DNA of 55,085 nt from Octopus bimaculoides (taxonomy: Eukaryota), in the NCBI RefSeq assembly GCF_001194135.2, contig NC_068993.1, positions 25,267,191 to 25,322,275 of the forward strand. The letters run 5' to 3'. Shown one piece after another: positions 34,501 to 45,000 of the stretch (its first letter is position 1; the number at the start of each line of letters is the position of its first letter). The translations under genes and the position numbers were made by a program. The notes beneath the pieces were generated by a model. It was not told where the DNA came from and searched no databases. It was given only the letters and a program-made list of their open reading frames with translations.

Positions 34501-37500
34501 TGTCTAAGTTGTCTCAAAAATGATTAGAAGCTATTTTTTTAAAACAAGTTTTGATAAAAAAAAAGAAAGGAACAATGAAAAAGCGCCCCCCCCCCCAATA
34601 TCAGTGTCCATACCGAAGTAGGTTGTTTCTACACAGAAGGTCAACATTTCCATCAAGTTTCTTATTGGTATACTAGTGCGTTCTTTTAGATGGGTGTCTG
34701 TTACTAGTTTTTCTTGAATCGCTGATAGTGCTTCACCGGTGATTCAAGAAAAACTAGTGACAGACACCCATCTAAAAGAATGCACTAGTATACCAATAAG
34801 AAACTTGATGGAAATGTTGACCTGTGTAGAAACTACTTGCTTCAGTATGGATACTGATATATATCGACATGAGGAAGATTTAGCTACGGGTTCGTCATTA
34901 TTACCAAGTTGTGTTCACTTGTGAGTAACAGCTGAACATAGAAAATAAGTACTACAGATACTGTGCATGGAAAAGTAAACTCATCTCAGAAATTTTAAAA
35001 GTGAAAGATGGATGATTAAAGTGAGACAATTCACATTGTTAGTGAGATTGTCGGACATGTGATGTTGTATTCCTGCATATTTTTGTTTATTCCAATGCCT
35101 TTTGCATCACTCTTGTAATCTCACTTCTTCATACAAAAGGTTGAGGTATTAGTTGCTGTCTATAAAGCACCTAGGTGTTTGTATGTGGTGGCGGTGGGGG
35201 GGGGGGGGGGGGCGTATGGCAAAGCAACTGAAACAAAATAAAATGAATGAAATGGGATAACAATTGACATTCACGAGAGATAATTCAGGAGTGTTTTAGC
35301 AGAGAATACAGAAACAAGACAAGTTCCCTATGTTCATTATTGAGTGCATGGGTTTGTTCAGATTAATATAAAGTACACAGTTGGGAGAAAAATAAGTAAA
35401 TTACTCCATTTCTAGAATATTCCTCAGATGCAGTGGCTGGGGCATGCCTTGAATAGCTACTCTTGTAGTGTGTATGGTGAGTATACACTTACAAATAGCA
35501 GCTACTTTCGTAGTCTGTATGGTGAATACATATTTAGAGACAAGATCCAGCCATTACATCTTTGAAACATTTTAGAAATTAGCTATTTGCCTACTGTCTC
35601 TCAATCACATACTTCAAACCCCTCTGAGCATTAGTGACCCTATATGACATCTAGAGTAAACAAACAAATTTTGTGATGAACTCTTGTTTCTGCATTACTT
35701 TCCAGAATACCACTAAATGAAACTTTAAAACAGCTTTGTATAACCCCATATAAATCCTTACTACTTTCCATGGTTCTCCTGTTTCCTTATATCTTCTTTT
35801 ACCTTATTGTATCCAATCTCCATTCACTCATATCTAGGAGTGTTATAAAGCATATCCTGCATTGGCTCCTTGTATGCATCAATGGGAATGCAAGACAGTG
35901 CAATAAGTCAAGGGAATGAAAAATGAGAATGTGCAGTTGTGAAGGAACGTTTAGCATTTATGTTACTCTATTAAATCTAATGCTTATTGATTCACAGTTT
36001 TGATCTGATCTTACATTATCTTGTAACTTCAAGATTTTGACGATGTGATTATTTAGTCTTAGAATGACATTGTAGGGTAGGTGTGAGAGGCCAGATTCAG
36101 TCAGTTTGAATATAAAACAGAATATTTGTGCCAGATATGGTTGGTGTAATTGCTAAAGTGTTAAGGAAACTCACTTATGTAATCCCTTTTAATAATCCAA
36201 TTCTTAACTTACTTTCATTATACCTATACTAGAGTTATCCCCCTTATTCCATATTTATCACACCAACACAAGTTTTCTGTTATGCAATCAGATCATTTTT
36301 CTGTCCATCTTGTTATTTGTTGCTTGCCTCCAGTTAAAATGGCTAATAGTTCAAATGTTAACTAATTTTGGTTCTGGCTAACCAAATTGAATATGTTCTG
36401 TGTCCAGTATTGAGTGCATTTAGTCTGTTCATGAGCATTAAAAGTCATCATCATTATTTAACGTCTGCTTGGTGGACCCCTACCCAGAATTCTTCACTGT
36501 ACTCGTTGTCAACCCTCACCTTACTGACAGCATCCCTGTACATGGCTTGTACAGCTCTCACTAACCACTTATCTATCCCTAGTTTCTGTATTGACCACCA
36601 GATAAGGGATCAGGGGACCCTGTCAAAGGTTTATATTTATATATATTATTATGTAACACTGTTTACATGTTCTTTTATACCATATTTCAATATAAGAACT
36701 CTTGTTTATTTATTAAATACTCTTCTGTATTTTATTACAGAGCCAAAGTTTGGGCTTTTTCTTACATGCCCAGTTACCCACTTTTGAACTTAGAGAAGCT
36801 TGAGCGGGTAAGTTTGATATTTTCTTATTCAATTCCATCATTCTGGTGTTAGGCCTTTGTAGTCATCAAAACAGTTTCTAAGTAACTTGACTGGAATGAA
36901 TACAGTCCTAGGATAATTATACTCGAACGTTTTGATTTACTTCCCCTAACTGTTTTTTTAAATCTTGGTACTTTAACCAGTGATAAACATTGTAGCGTCC
37001 TTTCTAACAAGTGTTGAGATCCATTGCTTTAGCTAGCAAAGTTATGTGTGGTTGACTGTTCATACACAGGCATCATACAATCTACCTTTCACTCTGAATG
37101 GGAGGCCCTTCCATACTAACAGATGTAGTAGCTCTCTGAACTTTGCCCAGCCTATTTTTATTCTAGCGATGTAAACTTATAATTCTTATGATAAGATGTT
37201 AATATTGTTTCATCAACTGTTGTTATGACTTGATGTTTTTCATAAAAGAGTTTTATATATTATGTTGTTATGACAGTAATTTTTGATATCTTTTGTTAAA
37301 AGCAAAATAGTGAAAATATTGGTGTATTTTTTTTAGGAGCACATCACAGATGTCATTACAGGCTGCCCCACATTAGAAGACCTTGGGGTGAAACTAACTC
37401 ATATTGAAGATCGTGCAGCATTTGAACTGAAACCTTTCCGGATGTATTCTTACTACTATGACCAGATTGGTGAATTTAGTGAACCTCTACCACCACCTAT

Positions 37501-37510
37501 TGTAGCATAA
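18682..37510 (+). CDS. NDUFA9: NADH dehydrogenase 1 alpha subcomplex subunit 9 (39 kDa), complete, 11 exons, 1164 nt, 387 aa
   Basis: join(18682-18727,20971-21144,24053-24150,24518-24609,26043-26205,27169-27277,27498-27565,31799-31875,32749-32844,36741-36807,37337-37510). All introns are GT-AG and phases are consistent. Motifs include [58 protein letters not shown] and PTLEDLG. Confidence 0.97.
19290..19780. mobile_element. Two SINE family B fragments in inverted orientation (19290-19420 -, 19465-19780 +) in NDUFA9 intron 1
   Basis: Shared core GGTACTTATTCTATC / AAGTTACGGGGACGT versus CCCGTAACTT / GATGGAATAAGT. Confidence 0.75.
19826..20592 (+). mobile_element. RTE LINE 3' end (ORF C-terminus, three VNTR units, (GAT)n tail)
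   Basis: [17 protein letters not shown]...[13 protein letters not shown]. Confidence 0.88.
20971..21144 (+). CDS. NDUFA9: NDUFA9 exon 2
   Basis: TTTCAG acceptor, G|GTAAGT donor; [31 protein letters not shown]. Confidence 0.96.
21600..22560 (+). mobile_element. Decayed CR1/L2-group LINE RT relic
   Basis: [23 protein letters not shown] (LDISKAFDRVWH-like); a related copy lies at 26393-26732. Confidence 0.7.
22720..23790 (+). mobile_element. Highly decayed RTE LINE fragment
   Basis: Residual similarity to 5280-5560 (CCCACAGTGGGACCAGCT...GACAG). Confidence 0.5.
24053..24150 (+). CDS. NDUFA9: NDUFA9 exon 3
   Basis: [33 protein letters not shown]; TAG / GTATGT. Confidence 0.96.
24518..24609 (+). 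CDS. NDUFA9: NDUFA9 exon 4
   Basis: [30 protein letters not shown]; TAG / GTATGT. Confidence 0.95.
24785..24975 (+). mobile_element. tRNA-derived SINE family D (CORE-like TGTTCTTGAGCAAGACACTT)
   Basis: Head GGCTGAGTGGTTAGAGCA...GAGTTTGATTCC. Confidence 0.65.
25137..25334 (+). mobile_element. RTE 3' tail (young-looking copy)
   Basis: Near-identical to tails at 14-200 and 45004-45190; ends in (GAT)n. Confidence 0.85.
26043..26205 (+). CDS. NDUFA9: NDUFA9 exon 5
   Basis: [35 protein letters not shown]...EFLKSK; CAG / GTTAGT. Confidence 0.96.
26393..26732 (-). mobile_element. CR1/L2-group LINE fragment, inverted relative to 22195-22530
   Basis: ~340 bp alignable with the intron-2 copy. Confidence 0.75.
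26838..27013. mobile_element. hAT (Charlie-like) MITE, 176 bp
   Basis: 15-bp TIRs CAGTGGTTCCCAACC / GGTTGGGAACCACTG; perfect 8-bp TSD GTTTAGAA (26830-26837, 27014-27021). Confidence 0.92.
27169..27277 (+). CDS. NDUFA9: NDUFA9 exon 6
   Basis: [36 protein letters not shown]; CAG / GTAAGT. Confidence 0.96.
27498..27565 (+). CDS. NDUFA9: NDUFA9 exon 7
   Basis: [23 protein letters not shown]; TAG / GTAAGT. Confidence 0.95.
28810..31126 (+). mobile_element. 5'-truncated RTE LINE in NDUFA9 intron 7
   Basis: RT motifs ([28 protein letters not shown]), zinc-finger-like CSICRKGV...CTHC, and (GAT)n tail. Confidence 0.92.
31340..31690 (-). mobile_element. Near-full-length SINE family B (also 42410-42725 -, 43368-43570 -, 45990-46210 +)
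   Basis: tRNA-like head, central (TA)/(TG) microsatellite and conserved 3' core. Confidence 0.8.
31799..31875 (+). CDS. NDUFA9: NDUFA9 exon 8
   Basis: [26 protein letters not shown]; CAG / GTGTGT. Confidence 0.95.
32749..32844 (+). CDS. NDUFA9: NDUFA9 exon 9
   Basis: [31 protein letters not shown]; CAG / GTAAGT. Confidence 0.94.
34598..34860. repeat. Fold-back inverted duplication (123/120-nt arms, 20-nt loop) of a Penelope-like RT fragment
   Basis: On the plus strand: 113 Watson-Crick pairs, 5 G-U pairs, 2 mismatches and a 3-nt bulge. Confidence 0.93.
34725..34925 (+). mobile_element. Penelope-like retroelement RT fragment
   Basis: [35 protein letters not shown] resembles PLE RT '[20 protein letters not shown]'. 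Confidence 0.7.
35945..36163. mobile_element. Probable TTAA-type MITE
   Basis: Degenerate termini AACGTTTAGCATT / AATTGCTAAAGTGTTAA; family recalled, not searched. Confidence 0.35.
36445..36630 (-). mobile_element. Miniature RTE derivative: RT fragment fused directly to the (GAT)n tail
   Basis: 36470-36628 matches 5820-5980 in reverse; 36445-36468 is the terminal tail. Confidence 0.75.
36741..36807 (+). CDS. NDUFA9: NDUFA9 exon 10
   Basis: [22 protein letters not shown]; CAG / GTAAGT; phases fit both neighbours. Confidence 0.92.
37337..37510 (+). CDS. NDUFA9: NDUFA9 exon 11 (terminal)
   Basis: [35 protein letters not shown]...PPPIVA-stop. Confidence 0.96.
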   Translation, partial: EHITDVITGCPTLEDLGVKLTHIEDRAAFELKPFRMYSYYYDQIGEFSEPLPPPIVA

Positions 37511-37577
37511 AGCAGCACAGTGCTAGCTTATATTCAGTTTGTGGAAAATTAGATAATTGGAAAATTCTTTATCTGTA

Positions 37578-37583
37578 AATAAA
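37578..37583 (+). terminator. Likely NDUFA9 polyadenylation signal AATAAA
   Basis: First AATAAA, 67 nt after the stop codon. Confidence 0.55.
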
Positions 37584-37839
37584 AAAAGGAAAATAACATT
37601 CTTTCATAAGTTATTTCATTTTATAAATCTATTCCATGCTGTTGTTGTTATTTAGCTCAGGTCAGCTTTGATCAAAGGTATTCTGACTACTTACATTTAT
37701 TCATTCAATACTGCACTGCTCCGACTTGCAAAAAGAAAAAAAGGATATTACAGGAAGTCTCTTACTGGATCTCTACACAGTTTGCAACCATTGAGTGATG
37801 GCCCTTCCAGCACAGAACTTGTGCACAACTATGCTGTCC

Positions 37840-37970
37840 GTGTCCTCCAGTGGTGACAAAGCAAGTCTATTTAGACTGCACTGCTTTCCCAACAAGAGGA
37901 CAGGTAAGAAAAGGAGCCCTAAACATGACTTGGTAGCCTACTGCAGCTGTCTGGTTATTCAGTGATGCAG
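37840..37970 (+). ncRNA. Possible decayed HDV-like ribozyme at an RTE 5' end
   Basis: P1 TGTCCT/AGGACA, P3 CTT/AAG, L3 TCCCAAC, P1.1 GG and P2 CACTG/CAGTG occur in canonical order; J4/2 and L3 are mutated. Confidence 0.35.
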
Positions 37971-39170
37971 TTGAAACATGAAAAAATCTAAGCATATTAA
38001 CATTGGTTCTTGGAATGTGCGCACTCTACCAGATAATCATTCAGCACCAGAACAAAACACACCACTGATTGCCCTTGAACTAAGAAGTACAACATTAACA
38101 TGGCTGCACTCAGTAAAACTCAGTGAAACACTCAGGAACAGCACAGTTAGAAGAATGTAACGGTGGATACATATTTTTCTGGCATGGAAGAAATGAGGAT
38201 CAGCTGTGCCACTCTGGGGTTGGTTTTGCCATCAAGACAGGAGTAGCTAGATCCCTTCTTTCTCTACTGATAGGTATTTCTGATCACATCATAACACTAA
38301 CGTTAGAGATTGGTTATAATGCTTGTGCTATGCTTGTCAATTACTGTGCTCAAACCATGGTTAGCACTGAGCAGGAAAAGGATGAATTTTACCCCTAACT
38401 CCAGTTGTCACCATAAAGATAAACTTATCCTTATGGGCAACTTTAACGCTCGTGTTGGTACTGGTATCAGGTATGGGAGGGTGTACTTGTCACCATGGTG
38501 TAGGTTGAATGAACTCTGGTGCTCTCCGTCTGCCTTTTTTCAACAGTGAAATTGTAGCAAGATAACATGGTTGATGCATCCTAAAATTGGCATCTCGTAG
38601 ATTATGTTATCACTAAGAAGCAAGATATTAGGGACTTTAATATTACACATTCCTTTCATAACACCTGCTGTCTCCCTAACCATTCTCTTCTCCATAGTAA
38701 GGCTACGTTCCATCTGAAACACACAAGATTATAAAACTCATCAGTGTCTAAGCACATTAATGCCTTTTGAAAACTGCTGAAAAGAAGGCTAAGCTCTCTA
38801 TCAAATTAGACACTGTACTCAACACTGATGATATCAGTGATGACATAGAATCATCTTGGAAGGTTCTGTGTGATGCAACGCACTCTGCATCTGTAAAGGT
38901 TCTTGGACTTCCTGTCCATAAACATTAAGACTCGTTCAGCGATAACATCACAGATGTCCAGCAGTTGATAGATAAAATGCACAACTCTCATAAAACATAG
39001 ATAAATAATAAAAGCTCATTCAGAAAAGAGAATGCTTATAACAAATGCAGAGGTCAGGTCCAATGTGCTGAGATAGATGAAGGAGGCTTGGTGGTTTTTC
39101 CAAGGCTACTGAACTTCAAGAAGCTGCAGACAGAAAGGATTTTAAAGCCCTTTATGATGGCCTCAAGGGT
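37840..39170 (+). mobile_element. Second RTE-clade (BovB-like) LINE relic retaining the 5' end and AP endonuclease
   Basis: INIGSWNVRTL, YIFFWHG...HSGVGFAIK, KDEFY, KLILMGNFNARVG and WHLVDYVITKK. Confidence 0.85.
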
Positions 39171-40261
39171 ACAGTGTTATTCCTATTTTCCCACATTTTA
39201 AAATACCAGTAATTTGTATTTTTACTGCTTATGTTTGCTTCACTTGATATATTTCCAAAATTAAGCATTTTAATATACAAATATATTCCACATTATTACA
39301 TGTACTATACGTTACTCATTTAATTCAAATCAAAAATACGCAAATGTATATCAGAATGTTTTTAGTTTTTTCTGAAGTGTGATGACTTTTAAAGTTGTTA
39401 AATGAAAGAATATTTAATTTTTCTATCTGATAACAATGTCAACAAATGAATCAAAACCCTACTTTTCTTATATGAAATTGTTGACCTGCTTGCACTTATT
39501 GGCCTTTTTCCTTTATTATCAGCTCTGTGTACTATGTCAAGTCCATGAGAAGCAAAAATGAAGAAAATTTCAGATTTCTACAGTTCTGCATCATGTCAAG
39601 AAAATGCAGGACCTTTGGAGATTGCAGAAATGCAATTCAGTGAAAACATTAATGATAAGCACTTCCAACATGCCAAGAAGTACCATCAAAATTTTGCATG
39701 TACCAAAAGCAATTTGTGCCTGGAATGAAACAAGACCTCTTTCCTCCATTATGAGTATATTATTGAACACTGTCATTAATTAGACTTATATTAACATCTG
39801 TATCGTAACCCAAGCCTACAGATGGCCTCAAATCCATGACTATACTCCTCAGGTTTTACAGTTATTGTACTGCTTGCAGAAATGAGCAATTTCGTCTTGG
39901 TTACATATCCTGCACAGAACCCTCAGTTTTTTAGGTACCCAATCAAGTCTTCTGCCTGCAGCTCTCATATTATTTATAGTGAATAAACTAAAGTTACAAA
40001 ATCTTTATGTTCAAGGGAGTCATTAGATACACTTAATGGGCTGGATATTAAAGAATACTTGATTAGTACAGGAGAACAATTGTGAACATAATTTCTGTTG
40101 AGTTTGCTTTTACACTTCATTTAGACTCAAATTGACATGCCGATTTCAAAACTACAGTGTTTTCTTCTATCATGTCAAGTTTTTTTTTTCTTACAGCTTA
40201 CTCTCTGAATAAGCACAATTGGTAATAGGTAATAGGGCTGGTCAGCTGCTTTTATTATTTT

Positions 40262-40437
40262 CATGTGCCACTAGCATGTAAAAAGCAGCCAGCACACTCT
40301 GTAAAGTGTTGGCATCAAGAAGAGCATCTAGCTGTATAAATCCTGCCACAACAGACAGACAATTGGAGTCTGGACAGCTGTCAAACCGTCCAACCATGCC
40401 AGTATGGAAAACAGACATTAAATGATGATGATGATGA
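40262..40437 (+). mobile_element. RTE 3' tail (similar tails at 32400-32560 and 53585-53690)
   Basis: Conserved tail motif ending in (GAT)n. Confidence 0.7.
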
Positions 40438-41232
40438 TAACACTGGGGAACATTTTGAAAACATTTTTAGTTGTCTTGCTATTTTAAGATTAGTCCTACC
40501 TGATCAGGTGGTGCTGGTTTCAGAAATACCCTCAGAAATTTTCTATCACATCAAGTTTTTTGATAAACAAGAATTCATTTTTTACCAATAAATATCAAGT
40601 TTGCCACTAAATGCAATACTGAAATTAAGAAACTAACACAAACCAAATAGTTCTTTTTATTGTTTAACAAATATATTACACAAAATGTTTAATAACACAC
40701 TTTAGGAAATACAAAAACAACCCTAATGTCTTCTGCTATATTTGTGCAGCAAAACAAAGTTACAGATTTTATGAAGAAAGATTATCTTTCTTATTTTGGT
40801 ATAAAAGCCTAGACACTCCATATATTGTGTAAAAACTTGTTGAAACACTGAAATAGTGAGTATCTGAAATGCTGAAAGTTTCTAGCTTTGTCTGGTGAGA
40901 AAAAAGTGATGAGCAAGGAGAAAGATTTCACTAAGACATTGAAACCCTTGTGATTAGGTATCAAGTTAAGTGGAATACAGACATGAAGGCTGACTACTGG
41001 TGGACATTGGGGTTGTTTTTGTATTTTCTTCTCTCACAACTGGACATATTTTTGAAATACAAGACATATACATGGGAAAAGCATTTTCAGAATTGTCAAC
41101 AGTATTAAAGTAAGCAAATGTAGATTTGTGAAGGCAAAGAGCATACATGCCATGAAGTTCTTTGACAATGCTTGGCAAAAAGTAACCTTGACCCACGTGA
41201 CTTCACATTAAGACCGTATTCAAAATACTGAT

Positions 41233-41278
41233 TCACCTGGTAGTCACACTACATCTCACCTGGTAGTCACACTACATC
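41233..41278. repeat. Exact 23-bp tandem duplication
   Basis: TCACCTGGTAGTCACACTACATC x2. Confidence 0.95.
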
Positions 41279-41876
41279 AAGCACAGTGTGGGCATATCTG
41301 CTGACAAATGTCACAAATATGAGACATATGATGCCAAGGACTACATCTGATCATATAAAGAACATTTTTGTAAAGCTCATAACATTTAAAATTGGTTAGA
41401 TTGAAAATAAGTGACAGTTGCTTGAGTTTGATGCTTTTTATTTACTGAAGATACTTAAATCATGACTTTTGTTTTCACTTTTGTAATTGCATTTGCTTTA
41501 AATGATTCTGAAAAGGTATGTTTTCAAAGTTATGTTAAAATCCATACATGGGTTAGCATCTAATGAAGCCAAATCTGTCCTTAGATATGGTGACAATACA
41601 AGAAATGTTGGAGAATGGACATTTGAATTTGTAAAAAAAATCTTCATGTGATAGAGCAAACTGGATTTCATTTTTGAAATCAGCACCTCAAAATTACTAG
41701 GAAACATGTCTCCAACACCAGACAACATAAACCTTGTTCCCCAGTGTAATTAGCCATTAAAGTGCAGTTAACTCACAAGAAGCAGTCATCTTTTCAAACC
41801 ACGACTGAAAGAGAAAAGAAGCATCACACCATTCCATTTTCACAAAATTAAATCTGTATATATTATTTTCTTTGGT

Positions 41877-41882
41877 TTTATT
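41877..41882 (-). terminator. Likely DNAI7 polyadenylation signal AATAAA
   Basis: TTTATT on the plus strand, ~55 nt after the DNAI7 stop. Confidence 0.5.
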
Positions 41883-41936
41883 GCATCTATAATATTATTG
41901 ATCTGTTTAACATTTCAAATCATTAGCTGGTCAATG

Positions 41937-42074
41937 TTATGAATATGTTAACACCCTTGATGCAGTAAGCATTTGTTTCACGCAGTCCCTAAACTCTGGT
42001 GTTGTTTTCTTCAAACGCTCAATAGCTTCTTCAGATCCAGTTTCCTTGACCAGGTGGTAAAAATTGGAGAAATA
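41937..42074 (-). CDS. DNAI7: DNAI7 terminal coding exon
   Basis: TTCTTAG acceptor; 45 codons plus TAA. Confidence 0.9.
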   Translation of the reverse strand, partial: YFSNFYHLVKETGSEEAIERLKKTTPEFRDCVKQMLTASRVLTYS

Positions 42075-45000
42075 CTAAGAATAGAGAAAATAGAAAATAA
42101 TTTTTAAATTTAGACTTTTCCCAACATTGGATAAAAGGAAACAATAAAATTAGTGAGGAGTGAGAAAAATTTGACTGATATTTCATTCAGGCCCTTTATA
42201 AGAAGAATACAAAGAAATACTTTGTCATGATCGGTCATTTTCAATTAGTAAAAAAACCTTAATTTGAAATAAAATTATCTTTCCATAGATCTAAGTAATT
42301 TACATTTGGCTACTCTAATCATGAAGAGTTTTTTTTTTCTTTTCTTTGTAAACTGCTTCATTTCAACTTTTGAGGTTAGCAGAACTACAATTATCTTTTA
42401 TTTTTTACTTGTTTCAATCTTTGGACTTAAACCATGTTGGGGCAACTCCTCAAAGTGTTTTAGTCAAATGAATCAACCCCAGTAATTATTTTTTTAAAGC
42501 CTGTTACTTATTCTTTCAGCCTCTTTTGCTAAGCTATTAAGTTACAGAAACATAAACAAACCAACACTGGTTGTTAATCCTCACACACAACAGGCGTCTT
42601 TCAGTTTCTTTCTATTAAATCCACTCACAAAGCTTTGGTCATCTCAGGACTTTGCAGGAGACACTTGCCTAAGGTGCCATGCAGTGGGACTGAAACTGGA
42701 ACCATGTGGTTGGGAAGCAGACTTTTTACCAATATCAATATTTTCATGCAATTTTATGGGGCATGTACTAATTATCATCCAACATTTTTGTTTTTTTTTT
42801 GTTTTAGAAAAACAAAGAATAGAAAACTTGGATTATTTTCTTGTTAGCTTTTTGATGCTCCATACATGAAATATTTTAACTTTAACTTTATGTAGAGTAG
42901 TTATACTTAACTATGAAGTACAAACTATTAACAGACCATAAGATAAAGCTATTACACAAACAGTAGCATATTTCTGATGACAATAAGACAGGATTTAAAA
43001 TTTATTTCTACTCAGCTCTATCTTTGTGGTGATTATATGAAAAGTTGCTTTTATTGCCACTGTTTTATATATTCACCCAAACATACTTTTTACATGTTAC
43101 TTATTTCTTGTTAATGGATGTGATGATGTTCTTATTTAGTTGAAATTGCTAATTGGTTTCGATCACTGGTCAGAGCTATTTTGCTTCTGTATCTAACTCC
43201 ATAAGGAAAGCATACAAATCAGAGTTTTGCTGTGTATAATTCAGTTAATAGCAATGATATATTTTAATGGTTGTCCAAAATTAGACTTGTCAGGATCAAT
43301 TAAGCTGTGTGTTCTGACATGACTGGATCTATTTAAAGATACTTTTTTTTTTTTTTTTTTACCTTTTACTTGTTTCAGTCATTAAATTGCTGCCATGCTG
43401 GAGCACCACCTTGAAGAACTTTTAGTCAAATGAATCAACCTCAATACATTCGTTTTTTTTTTAAACCTGGTATTTATTCTATCAGTCTTTTGCCGAACAG
43501 CTGTTACAGGGATGTAAACATACCAACACTGGTTGTCAAGTGGTGGAAGCGGGATAAATGCAGATATATATATATATATATCAGTGTGTGTCCTTGTGTC
43601 TGCATTTATCCCTCTTCCACCACTTGACAACCAGTGTTGGTATGTTTACATCCCTGTAACAGCTGTTTGGCAAAAGACTGATATACACACACGCACACTA
43701 TGTTTCCTTTTGTTATGCAGGTCAATCATTCCTCAATAAAATCAAAACCTCTCATCTGATTTTCTTAAAATTTTTACAATTTTTATGTAGGTTTATGTAT
43801 CCCGTGTCTTATCTAAATCAGTGAACACTTAAAGTGGAAATGAAGGAAAATACGTTTATATGGTGTTTCCTTTTATTCTGCAAGTTAACAAGATACTGCT
43901 TTCCCCCCATGTAATATGTGATTTCGAAATGTTTTTTCTTAATTTCAAATATAGGAAATAGAGAAATGGGTCAAAGTAAAGATATAACATCAAAGGAGAA
44001 GAAAGAAATAGTGAAACTACTGGGAGAAGGGGATACGACAACTGTAATTTCTAAAAAGCTAAATAGAGATTAAAAAGAACAGGTACAAAACACTAAGGAA
44101 GAAAATGGGTTTCAAGAACATCACAAATAGAGATAGAGAAAACTCAAAGAATTATGTGCAAGAAAAGTGGGTTAATCAGCAAACAAATCTTTGAAGAAGA
44201 AGGAATCTCTAACATAGAAAGGGAAAAACGTTGCACAGTACTAAAAGAAATAGGCAAAGTCATACATTTTGCAAAATTGCCTCCTTTAAAGAAAAATACA
44301 CAAAGAAAACAGAGTGAAATGGGAAAAAAAATATATGAAGACAGACGTTACAAATGTAATTTTTACTGACGAGTACAGAGCAACATTAGTTGGACCTGAT
44401 GGATGGGCAAGAGGCTGGGTGTTACATGGAAAAAGTCAACCAACACGATTAAGAAGACAGCAGGGTGGTAGAAGAATCATGTTTTGGGCTGGTATAGTTG
44501 GAGGAGACATAATAGGTCCATTTAAGGTTGCAGATGGAGTCAAAATAAATGCTGAAAATTATTGCAAGTTTCTAGATGACAATGTCTTCTATTAGTACAA
44601 GTCAACATCATGAAGTTTCAAGTTAAAGAGCATATTTATGCATGATAATGCCCCTTCACACTCTGCCAAACTCACTATTAACCATTTAGCTAAGAAAGGC
44701 TTCAAAGAACATAAGATAATGGAATCCCACACACACACACAATCTGCAGATCTAAACCCAATAGAGAATTTGTGGTCAATTATTAAAAAAGATGTATATT
44801 CAATGGTAAACAATATCCAAACAAGGATTTACAATGGGAAGCAATAAAAACTGCTGCAAGTAATATTAAAAGTGAGATTATTGAGAAATTGACAAAATCA
44901 GTTGATGAGAGAATATTTAAAGTTATAGATGGTAAAGGAGGCTATATAAAAATGTAAAATATATACATAATTGTTTATAAATATAATTATATGGTTGGAG

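Noticed and set aside
39480-39980. Coding-like minus-strand segment with CRIC...H..C
   Set aside because: No sustained frame or splice sites; possibly an old LINE, but unassignable by eye.
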